Assembly: GCA_010909165.1 (NCBI GenBank)
Contig: VJWM01000106.1
Coordinates: 186,001 to 250,000, forward strand
DNA: 64,000 bases
Source: Anthoceros angustus
Lineage: Eukaryota > Plantae > Anthocerotophyta
Direction of reading: 5' to 3'
This document shows positions 35,924-46,197 of the stretch, piece by piece; position 1 is the first letter of the stretch; the number at the start of each line of letters is the position of its first letter. The notes under the pieces were generated by a model that did not search any database, was not told the origin of the DNA, and was given only the letters and a program-made list of their open reading frames with translations. A program made the position numbers and the translations under genes.

Positions 35924-38070
35924 TCACTCTGTGCGGGTGACTCTGAGGGGCAAGCCTTTGAAAGGAGCGATAAAAGGAAGCCGCATTGCAGGACCCGTCT
36001 CCAGGACCTCCCATCTGAGCAACAGCACTGGTCAGAAGCTGAATCCCGTTTCACAGTCGGACGTGTGTGAAAGCGCAGGAAGGAAGGTGCTGGACCCACC
36101 TGTACTTAGTAGTGAGGTGGTGGAGGAAGATGAGGATTTCCATTTTCGCAAGCTCCTGTCCCAGGCACAGACGTGGTCCTGCTCCAAAGGCTGCGAAGCT
36201 GCTTCCAGGTGTAGTCTGCAAGATAACGTTTGGCGTGGTTGGTACATCCATGTTGTTACAGCTTACGGCCACTGCCGACCTTTGCATCATCCTGCAGAAA
36301 CAGGGCGTCTCACCTCGAACCTAGAAGGATCGAACTTAGTGGGTTCTGGCCATAGGTTCGGATCCATGTGGAAGGGCTTGCTGGAAGGCATGACTTGCCA
36401 TCCCTTTGGAATAACAAATCCTGGTCCACCAAAGGGCAGGGATGTAGCTTAGAAAATGCAGCGAATAGAAGCTGCAAACATAATGCAGATTCCAGCTGAA
36501 GTACCTTTGTATTCCACATCCTTTGCAGTTACGCGAATGGTGTTGGGTAGCACGTTTGCGACTCTAAGGCTCTCCAGCAACACCTGCAGACAAGGAAAGC
36601 TTGCTGCATCAGTCATCAACCATGCCATTGTCTACAACTAGCACTCATGGTCAGATCCGTGAATACTCTCGAAGTGTAAACCATGGCCTTGAGGTCCTCC
36701 CAAGTAAGGGGCTCATCCAGCTGCTTTCGGCTCCTGATCTCCTCCTGCTCTGCCTGGTTCACACAGGAAAGCAGTGTAATCCCAGCAACTCTTGTCTCTA
36801 AAGGTTGCACTACATGACTGAACAGCTTGTCATGAATATCTCACCTTTACAGCCTCTAGAACATGAGGATAGTCATACAAATACTTGACAATCCAGCTCA
36901 AAGCTATGGAAGTGGTTGAATTGGATGCGAACAAGATGGCAACCAAGTTATCTACTATCTCATCATGCGTTAAGGGATCTTCGGAGGCGGGTTTCTCAGT
37001 TTCAGCAATGAAAGTGTCGATGAAGCCATCAGGTTTGGAGTCATCCTGCCTCCTGCCATTCTTTCTTTTCCAGATCAGCTTCTCAATTGTATCTGACACA
37101 ACCTTCCGAGCCTGCCATCGCAAGCCAGTCAGGGTCCAGGAGTTCTCATCAGTCTCCTGTCGAAGTGAAATGCGAATTCACATCCCAAACCTGCATGCTC
37201 CGATAGTATTGTGTGCCTGGGATGTTTAGAGGGACGCGGACATTAATTCCATTTTCAAGCTCGACGTATTTCTGTTGCAGCAGCTTCACCTCCGGTAAAT
37301 TGGAGTCCGATCCTAGCGCAGCCCTCATCCCCACAGACAGGACGTACTACAAGCACAGACAGCAATTGCACCCGTCACAACAAAGCCAGCACGTTGCTTG
37401 TTGGATCCTGCGAGTATAATCATCCACAACCAACCTCCTGAACAGCAATTCGGAAGGCCGGAAGCGTGACTTGGGGACCCCATGACCTGACAAACGTCAA
37501 TGCCTCTGCTTCCACGGCTGCCACATTATTCTTCAACGCCTCTGGCAGCAGATGCCTGAGAAACAGTTTCCGTAAGCGCTGGTGATGCTCTCCAGTAGCA
37601 AAACTAACCGACAGAGGACCCACGATGGTTGTGATGGCCTTGGGAAAGATGGGCTCCATTGTCTCATACTGTGCTCCCAGGATGAACTTGAAAGCCTCGG
37701 GGGATGTTGTCACCACTGTTGGGCGCCCCATAAGATGGGTCTTGTATACATCCCCGTATCTGTTTGCATGACAAATTGCTGATGGATCACTCCAATCCAA
37801 CAGGAATCACCTCAGCCGTGCTGTTGAGACTTCGATCATGTACCTTTTGTGGGTCGAGGCGAATGATTCTGGATCCCTCACCAGTGCCAAGGTCTCCCCA
37901 ACTATGGGCCATCCCAGTGTGCCCGGTGGTAGATTGAGACGCTTCAGACTGAACCTACCATCCCGAATGTATCCATGGCGTTGTGACCACCACCAAGCAA
38001 CAAGCATGGAGAGCCCGGTTGCTATGAGTGTGAGAACACCCCAAATCAAAGATACACCAACAGACTCCAT
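35924..38070 (-). CDS. Cytochrome P450 CYP-c, CYP85 clan
   Basis: [14 protein letters not shown]; [11 protein letters not shown]; ESLR; [13 protein letters not shown]; [15 protein letters not shown]; last exon [29 protein letters not shown]. Confidence 0.92.
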
Positions 38071-38443
38071 CACCTCCTGCACCCGCAAACCAAGTTCTAA
38101 GTTTTCCTCACAAGGATTCAGATGTTCTTCAGGAGAAGGCAATCAGCGTCAATCATGCAGGTGGAGACACAAATTGGCGTCGCCCCTCCAGAGCACCACA
38201 CCATTGCCAACGGGAACGTTTGGAAGGCTGAGACCTTGGACGGGCTGTGAGGACCAGGACTTCACAAGTGTCAGTGGAAACGCCGCTGTGGCTGGCGTAC
38301 ATCAGAAGCAGGATATGATATGTCAGCTTGGTTTACGTTTAGGAATGTGGACCTCGCAACCTGGTGGTGATGCTGGTGGTGATGCTGGTGGTGGTGGTGG
38401 TTGGTGGAGGGTCTTCGGCAGATCCGACAGACGGGACGGGAGG

Positions 38444-38540
38444 TTATCCGTGGATCCGTACGTCATCCGGAACGGCTACGTCAGGAAGTCGAAGGATTTT
38501 TCGTTCCAAGTGAGCTCTTTGCTAGGTAGCGCCATCGGTG
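38444..38540 (-). pseudogene. Degenerate copy of the PGK 3' coding end
   Basis: 38449-38488 is 36/40 identical to 42372-42411; it translates LPDVAVPDDVRIHG* versus [14 protein letters not shown], with TAA at the same position. Confidence 0.75.
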
Positions 38541-38846
38541 AAGATCTTGTTGCGCCCAATCATGGCTCACCATAAACAATGTGCACCAGGTAGTGCACAA
38601 ATAGAAGAAGAATTTTATTCAAGTCCGCTGAGGACGAATTCAGAAAGCGCTTCTGCATCCTGATGAGTTATCTGGCAATCTTTGATCAATCTGATTGCTG
38701 ACTGTCGGATGTTGAATCACCATGCTCAACTATATGTGCCTGATGAATCCTGTGCGGCCTCGCAGAAACAGTCATCCCATCATAGATCGAATGGATGTGC
38801 TGACAGATGCAGGCACATGTGAGATGCCTGCCATAGGAGTGCAGAT

Positions 38847-41540
38847 ATGGGCACCGTCCGTGGCGTAATCAGCCCAGCTGGGTTTAAGCAGGGCGCAGTA
38901 GGTTCGTCGTATGCTCCTAGGAATCATGGTTGCCCCGCACGCAGGGCAACAGCTTTTCTGGACCCAGCACAAGAAGATTGGTGGGATAACAGGTGCTGGA
39001 GGAAGGGGTCCTGGCAGCTGGCTGCTCTGGAAACACAGGTGGGTCGTGGTGCCCCTACGTCCAACTGTAGGATCCGGGATCATCGTGGCCTTCCTGGGCC
39101 TGCGGGATACGATTGGGGCGTGAATGCTGACACTGTGAGCGAGCTATGTGATCAGGAGCATCTCACGGAGGCTGTGGAGGCTTTGGGAATTCTGGTGCAA
39201 ACAGACTGTTACATATCTACATCTTTCCTTTATGATGTCCTGAAAAAATGTGTGGTGAAGAAGGACCTTATTCTGGGTCGCCGTGTGCATGCTTTCACGG
39301 TGCGAAAGGGGTATGGGTCAGATACGTTCTTGAGCAACCACATTCTGCGGATGTACGCTTCTCATGGCAGGTTACAAGAAGCGATGGATGTGCTCACCGT
39401 GGTGGGCAAACCAGATGCCTTCATGTGGTCGTCCATAATTTCTGCCCATGTGAAACACGGCCGAGACAAGGAAGCCATAGAACTGTATCATGGGATGCGA
39501 CGGTCCAGTGTGAAGCCAGATGGGCATTTGTTTGTGGCAGCTCTTCAGGCTTGTGCAAGGGGAGCAGACCTGGAAACTGGGAAGCAGGTGCATGACGACG
39601 TTCTGGCCAGTGGGGTTGAGCCTGATCTGTTTGTTTGTAATGGCTTGGTGGACATGTATGCAAAGTGTGGCAGGTTGGAAGATGCTCGAAGGGTGTTTGA
39701 TGGACTGGGTCATAAAGACGTGGTGACATGGACAGCTTTGATAGCAGGATATACCCAGCAGGGAATGGGTCAGGAAGCCCTTGAGCTTTACAGTGCTATG
39801 CAAGAAGAGAGCATAGCTGCACCCAATTCTGTGACATTCGTGTGCCTCCTGCAGGCGTGTGCATATGTAGGCGCTACAGCTTTAGAGAAAGGGAAGGAGC
39901 TTCATGCACAAATCAGAGAACGGCGTCTTCAGGCGGATGCGGTGGTAGGTTGCAGCTTGGTAGACATGTATGCAAAATGCGGTAGCTTGGAAGATGCTCG
40001 AAGAGTGTTTGACGGACTTTGTCAAAAGGATGTGGTGACATGGACAGCCCTGATAGTAGGATATTCCCAGGAGGGCAGGGGGCAGGAAGCCCTTCACATT
40101 TACAGTGCTATGCAGGAATGCTGCATCACTTCACCCGATTCTGTGACATTTGCGTCCCTCCTCCAGGCATGTGCAAGTGTTGGTACCCTGGCCTTGGAGA
40201 AGGGAAAGAAGCTCCATGCGCAGATACGAGAACAAGGACATCCTCTTGATGTTGTTGTGGGCTGTAGCCTGGTGAACATGTATGCAAAGTGTGGCAGCTT
40301 AGAGGATTCTCGGGCCGTGTTCAATGGACTTGGTGAAAAGAACGTTGCTACATGGACTGCTCTCATAGCAGGATATGCCGAGCAGGGCATGGGCCAGGAA
40401 GCTCTGCGACTTCACTGTGCAATGCAAGAAGACGGCATGGCAGCACCCAATGCTGTGACATTGGCCTGCCTCCTGCAGGCATGTGCAAGTGTGGGCACTC
40501 CGGCCTTGGAGAAGGGGAAGCAGCTTCATGCAGAGATTGGACAACGAGGGCTTCAGGCTGATGTCCTTGTATCCAACAGCCTGGTCCACATGTATGCAAA
40601 GTGTGGCAGCCTGGTAGACGCTCGTAGACTGTTTGACCTGCTCCCTAAAAAGGATGTGGTAACATGGACCTCTCTGATAGCAGGATACTCCCAGCAGGAC
40701 ATGGGTCAGGAAGCCCTCCATCTCTACAAGACTATGGAAAAAGAAGGCATTCTTGCAGCTGATGCCGTGACCTTTGTGTGTCTCCTGCAGGCCTGCGCAA
40801 ATGTGGCAGCTTTGCATCTGGGAAGACAGCTCCATGCTCAGATTCAAGAACTGGGGCTTCTCTCTGACATGAACGTAGGCAACAGTTTGCTAAACATGTA
40901 TGCAAAGTCAGGGAGCATGGCGGACGCAGAGCAGGTGTTTGCAGCATTGCCTGAACGAGACCACGTTGCCTGGAACACTCTGATTGCAGGCTACACCCGG
41001 CAAGGAGACAGTGAATCCGTCTTCCACTTGTTCCACAGAATGCAAGAGGATGGCAAACAGCCAGCCAGCATGACATTCATCTGTGTACTAACAGCGTGCA
41101 GTCATGCAGGTCTAGTAAACAAGGGGCGGGAGTACTTCTGGGCTATGAGCAGACAGTATGGCATCACTCCCACGACAGAGCACTACACATGCATGGTAGA
41201 TCTCCTGGGTCGTGCTGGCCATCTAACCGAGGCACTAGCTTTACTCAGGACAATGCCTGCACTCCCTGACGCTGTAGTCTGGCACACTCTATTAGCTGCA
41301 TGTCGAAAGTGGAACAACGTGCAAATTGGTCGTCATGCTTTCGATGAAGCAGTGAAGCTGGACAAGGGAGATGCCGCAGCATACGTGTTGATGTCAAACG
41401 TGTATACGGGTGCCCACATGTGGAAGCAGGCACAGGAGCTGCAAGCCAAGAGGAAAGCTGTCAGGGCATGGAAGCTGCCAGGCCAGAGCTGGTGGACAGA
41501 CATGGACGGACTGGTGCATAGTTTCTTCTCTTGCACATAG
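38847..41540 (+). CDS. PLS-class PPR protein (PPR3), WW-type PG box, truncated; close paralog of PPR1
   Basis: 897-aa ORF ending KLPGQSWWTDMDGLVHSFFSCT*; N-terminal motifs align residue for residue with PPR1. Confidence 0.92.
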   Translation: MGTVRGVISPAGFKQGAVGSSYAPRNHGCPARRATAFLDPAQEDWWDNRCWRKGSWQLAALETQVGRGAPTSNCRIRDHRGLPGPAGYDWGVNADTVSELCDQEHLTEAVEALGILVQTDCYISTSFLYDVLKKCVVKKDLILGRRVHAFTVRKGYGSDTFLSNHILRMYASHGRLQEAMDVLTVVGKPDAFMWSSIISAHVKHGRDKEAIELYHGMRRSSVKPDGHLFVAALQACARGADLETGKQVHDDVLASGVEPDLFVCNGLVDMYAKCGRLEDARRVFDGLGHKDVVTWTALIAGYTQQGMGQEALELYSAMQEESIAAPNSVTFVCLLQACAYVGATALEKGKELHAQIRERRLQADAVVGCSLVDMYAKCGSLEDARRVFDGLCQKDVVTWTALIVGYSQEGRGQEALHIYSAMQECCITSPDSVTFASLLQACASVGTLALEKGKKLHAQIREQGHPLDVVVGCSLVNMYAKCGSLEDSRAVFNGLGEKNVATWTALIAGYAEQGMGQEALRLHCAMQEDGMAAPNAVTLACLLQACASVGTPALEKGKQLHAEIGQRGLQADVLVSNSLVHMYAKCGSLVDARRLFDLLPKKDVVTWTSLIAGYSQQDMGQEALHLYKTMEKEGILAADAVTFVCLLQACANVAALHLGRQLHAQIQELGLLSDMNVGNSLLNMYAKSGSMADAEQVFAALPERDHVAWNTLIAGYTRQGDSESVFHLFHRMQEDGKQPASMTFICVLTACSHAGLVNKGREYFWAMSRQYGITPTTEHYTCMVDLLGRAGHLTEALALLRTMPALPDAVVWHTLLAACRKWNNVQIGRHAFDEAVKLDKGDAAAYVLMSNVYTGAHMWKQAQELQAKRKAVRAWKLPGQSWWTDMDGLVHSFFSCT

Positions 41541-41607
41541 GACTCGTCATCGAACACATGTAATGATGGAATTCGAATTTCTCTGGAAAAAACTGGCACG
41601 CTACATT

Positions 41608-41847
41608 ACATTTCTCTCCAAACAACAAGAATGATCTTTGCATTCAATCAAAGATTGTCCAGCTGCTTGAACGGATTGTTCTAGCATCTGATCTACATTT
41701 CCCCGGGAAGAAATGGTATGTTACATCCTCTCCAACCAACAACAATCTGGCGAATTTTGCATTCAATCAAAGTGATCCGGACTAACCTAACGTGTCACAC
41801 ATCCCTCTCCAACCAACAAGAATCTCGTGTCATTGCTTTGCATCAAT
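41608..41847. repeat. Three degenerate direct repeats in the PPR3 3' flank
   Basis: ctctccaa(a/c)caacaa(g/c)aat...ttgcat(t)caatca near 41614, 41728 and 41804. Confidence 0.7.
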
Positions 41848-42366
41848 CACTCGGCCGCAAGAATCGTGGTCCGGGAAATCAGGCTATGGAGTTCTCGTCG
41901 AGGAATCCTCGGTCGGAGGCGTTGATCTGATTGCCGGATAGCAGCCTCGTAGCCTCCGCATGGTACTGGCATAACTCTGAGAAATCGCTGCTCTAAAAGG
42001 GTGGAGCTGCTGACATTGTAATAGGAACAGGATTCTGGTGCCGATGACATCCACGAGGTATCACTAATTTGTTCTGAAACGCCACTTGCACGCCAACCTC
42101 AAACACCTTGCCATCAGAGGAGGTTTCTCATTTGGCATTCGCAATTCAGATACAAGCTTGCAAGGGAAGCTACCTGAATACGAAAATCCTATCTTCAACT
42201 GCTGTCCTCGTACTTGGACAGAAAGAGAAGGAAGATAATCTAACTGTAATTGTGCTTGGAGGCTAACATTGGAGTAGCCTGATGAGGTCTTGTACTTTAC
42301 AGGTGTCGAGGGAGATGCACCCCGCAGTGTGTTGGGAATCGGATTGGAGAGAAAGGAATGTAAGAT

Positions 42367-44371
42367 TTACGCGTGGATGCGTACGTCATCCAGAACGGTT
42401 ACGCCAGGAAGGACCTTGCCTTCCAAGAGCTCCAGGCTAGCGCCGCCACCTGTTGAGATGTGGCTCATCTTTGCTGCCACACCTGCTTGTTCCACTGCTG
42501 CCACAGAGTCCCCTCCGCCGATGATGGTTATGGAGCCCTTCTCCGACAAGTCTGCAAGTGTGCTTGCAATGGCATATGTTCCCTTGCTGAACTTGTCGAA
42601 CTCGAACACTCCCATCGGCCCGTTCCACAACACCATCTGCAGAAGCGCGCGTTGTGAAGAGAATTAGTCTCTCAGACCCGACACAACTGCGCTTCACTTC
42701 CTGGGGCCCTGCTAAACCAATATACCTTCGCAGTTTGGAGAACTGACTGAAACTGTTTGATGGATTCCGGTCCAATATCCAAGCCCATCCATCCTGCACA
42801 GAAGTGTGTGGTTTCAAGCAGCACGTCCAGGTGCGTACAAATGGCCATTTTTGGAGCCTGCAGATGATCGATCACAGATACACATCATTGACCTGGGCTG
42901 TGTACTCACCGTCAGGGATGTTGTAGGACTTGCATAGTTGGGTCTCAGCATCCGCAGAGAACCTGTTGGCGGCAACGATGTCGCATGGAAGAACGAGCTC
43001 CACGCCCTTCTGCTCGGCCAATGCGGACAAGTGTTGAGCCAGTCCCAGCTTGTCCTCCTCCACCAAGGATGAGCCAACGTCATAGCCCTTAGCCTTGAAG
43101 AAGGTGAACACCATGCCTCCGCCCAGAACCACTTTGTCGCACTTTTTCATCAAAGATTCGATCACTGTTATTTTGGATGATATCTTGCTGCCTCCAACCT
43201 GCATGCATCCCAAACACTCCGCCCAAGGCAATCAATCAGATGAGTAAGGAAGCCACTCCAAGTCCACTTCAGAAGCCAAACACGAAATTCAGCCATTACA
43301 GCATGACTTACAATGGCCACAAACGGGTGTGGAGGATTCTGAATGGCAGCAGAGAGATAACTCAGCTCCTTCTCCAGAAGAAACCCAGCAACCCTTGCGC
43401 TGACATAAGTCGTAATCCCCGACGTAGACGCATGAGCTCGATGGGCAGTGCCGAACGCGTCACTGACATAGAAATCGATCCCGGTTGCCAGCTGCTTAGA
43501 GAACTCTATGTCATTGGCCTCCTCCTCCTTGTGGAACCGAAGATTCTCCAACAACAGCACTTCTCCAGGCTGCCCAGCACAGGCAATGCATGCATTCATC
43601 AAATTCCCCTCCCAGGCCACACATCTACCAATAACCATTAAACTCACAGCAGCCAGAGCTTCCGCTTACTTGCAACGCTCCAATCTGCTTTGCCACCTGG
43701 GGCCCGACACAGTCACTGGCAAACTGCACCTCCTTCTTGAGCAAGTCCGACAGCCTGCCCGCCACAGGCTTCAAGCTGAACTTCTCCTGCGGCCCGTTCT
43801 TGGGCCTCCCCAAGTGGGACGCCAACACAACCCTGGCGCCGGCATCCACAAGGTAGCGGATGGTGGGCAGCGAGGCCCGGACCCGGGTATCGTCAGTGAT
43901 GCTCCGCTCGTCGTCCAGGGGCACATTGAAATCCACCCGGACGAAGACGGCCCTCCCCTGCAGCTCCTGCACCGGAATGTCCCGCACCGACTGCTTGCCG
44001 TAAGACGCCGCGGCAGCAGGCCGCTGCACGTCGCTGGGGCCGTCCTCCTCGCCCGGTAACCTGGACGTGGGGCTCAGCTCCGGGTCCGCCACATTGCGCT
44101 CTTGCTTCGACGAGATCTCGGCTCTGGGACTGGGCGTGCACCTGGCGGGTGCCCTCGCTGGCGCAGTCCCGGCTGGAAACCCAGCTGCTGGCCTCGCTGA
44201 CCCTGTGCATTTCAAGCTCCGAGCCAGAAACCGTGGGACGGTGAAGACATTCTGCGGCTTCCTGTTGCTACTGCTGCTGCTGCTGCTGCTGTGGGCAGTG
44301 CTGACACAGACGTGGGCTTGGCTGCCAAATGCCGCCCTGGATGTGATGCTCACCTTCATTGCAACAGCCAT
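42367..44371 (-). CDS. PGK: Phosphoglycerate kinase with an N-terminal transit-peptide-like extension, multi-exon
   Basis: VRVDFNVP; SHLGRPK; LLENLRFH; [12 protein letters not shown]; GGSKISSK; WMGLDIGP; WNGPMGVFE; GGGDS; [18 protein letters not shown]-rich N-terminus. Confidence 0.95.
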
Positions 44372-45046
44372 TTTGGCAGAGCAGATTTTGCGAAATGCAA
44401 TTCCCCCGACTTGCCTTCATAGCCTGCCACCAGCGAGTCGCGAGCAAGCCGGCCTCCAACATGCAAGCAAGACGGGCGCCCTGGCACCTGGCATCTTCCA
44501 CGGCAGCCACTTGGACTTGGAGTATGCGGAGTTCGACGTGCATTCTTCATATATCATAGCTCAGCCTTCGAATACTCCTAACTTTGTGACATACCGTGTA
44601 GAAAGTTTATGTTGCGTAGGGAATTGGTTCCTAATATTAGTGGGATACTTCATATACACGTTTATTTATAGATAAATTTATATTAATGTTTTAGAATAAT
44701 TGGATATTATTTTTAGAAATTTTACCATGATCATGTTCTCCTGTTCTTGTGGGTCAAGAGAAATTCTCGAAACATGAACTGTGAACAAGTTTGCCATTGC
44801 ATGTCTAACGCCGTACGTGCGGAAGACTCTAAACAGAAACGCTTTATTAGTTATGTATTTCTCCTTGTGATTCGAGATATTCAAGGGGATTTTATCGGAT
44901 GAAAGAAGATGAGATCGACAAATAAAACTAGACAATAAATTTAAATTATTATTAATTTATTAAAACAGGTCTCTTTACCCCAGTTTCTAATGATGTTAAG
45001 TAGGATGATTTATTGAGGTGAAAGAACGATGGAAAGAGACCATCTA

Positions 45047-45111
45047 GGAGGGGACAACAAATGGGGACCTGGGGGTCGGAGGGGACAACAAATGGGGACC
45101 TGGGGGTCGGA
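45047..45111. repeat. Perfect 31-bp G-rich tandem duplication
   Basis: ggaggggacaacaaatggggacctgggggtc x2; six runs of four or more G (G-quadruplex potential). Confidence 0.95.
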
Positions 45112-45615
45112 GTGAAGAGGAGCAACTGAGCTCCCTACCTAAAGTACAATTTCTCACTTAGACGAGTATTAACTTTATTCAAGATTGGTGTAATAATGGT
45201 CATACTTTTATGCTATATACCCTAATCTTCATCCAGTTATTGTTGTGGCTCCATTTGCAACGAGAGCGCTGCCACTCTCTATCTCTTCACTGCAACAGTG
45301 GACATTCGGTAGTTTATTCAAACTTATTTGGATTAACACTAGCTAGCTTAGCATTTTGAATTTAACTTGACTTATGTTTTTTAACCTCAATATTTGTATA
45401 TAGTATATCAATGTAATCCTAATTTGACAGAAATTATTATATGTTCAACTAAGCATGAGATGACGTTATCACATTTGCAGCACTTGTCATCAATTGTGCA
45501 CACATGTATTTTAATGTGATTGTCGAGGCTGTTAATTGACATGTTCTTTAAATCTGCTGGTGAGATTGTTGGGGCATTTATTTTTTGCATTCCATCTTTT
45601 ACACTTTCTAAGAAA

Positions 45616-46197
45616 TCATTTTTCAAATGTCCTTTGGACTTTGCATGTTTGATCTACCAATTTTAGCTCTGTAGGTGAGATAATTGCTCTATTCGTTTTC
45701 AAAGAATAGTGATAGTTGTGTTTGTAGTTGCAAGCTTGAGGATCTTTGCAAAGTCCATTCACAAAGTCTTGACATAACGGCGCATCATCACTAGTTTTAA
45801 TATGCCTATATGGACATCTTTCTTTCGTGCAAAGTCCATGATCAAGGAAATATTTGCAATCTGGCATCCTTCCCGCTATCACTTGATGAAGTAGCTGACA
45901 ATTCTCATCTATGCACCTATTATTTATATACCTATGACATAAAGAGACTTTTTCTTGGGCATGGATGTAAGCACACATTTTTCCTTTTGGACAAAAACCG
46001 AATCTCATAAAGACCTTGCAATCTTTGTCTTTTGATTTCAAAAGACTTATGTTTTCCCTTACTGAATGTTCTTGTAAAAAATATTTATTTTCTCTAAGAT
46101 TAACAACCTTGTCAGGTCTCTGAATGTTGGCATAGATTTCGAACCATGTTTGTAAATTAGGCCAACGTCTTCTGTGCTTGTATTTGAGTGTCCTCAT
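45616..46197 (-). CDS. Intronless protein with four tandem CCCH zinc fingers, ZC3H3/Red5-like
   Basis: CKVFMRFGFCPKGKMCAYIH, CHRYINNRCIDENCQLLH, CKYFLDHGLCTKERCPYRH, CQDFVNGLCKDPQACNYKH, with linkers EKVSLC, VIAGRMPDC and DAPLC typical of ZC3H3-type arrays. Confidence 0.75.
   Translation of the reverse strand: MRTLKYKHRRRWPNLQTWFEIYANIQRPDKVVNLRENKYFLQEHSVRENISLLKSKDKDCKVFMRFGFCPKGKMCAYIHAQEKVSLCHRYINNRCIDENCQLLHQVIAGRMPDCKYFLDHGLCTKERCPYRHIKTSDDAPLCQDFVNGLCKDPQACNYKHNYHYSLKTNRAIISPTELKLVDQTCKVQRTFEK

Noticed and set aside
42367-44371. Bacterial contamination as the explanation for the cyanobacteria-like PGK
   Set aside because: The gene has GT-AG introns and a transit-peptide-like extension and is embedded among plant genes.
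45408-45626. 72-aa ORF overlapping the CCCH stop, suggesting operon-like or viral coupling
   Set aside because: It starts with TTG rather than ATG, has no recognisable motif, and is expected by chance.
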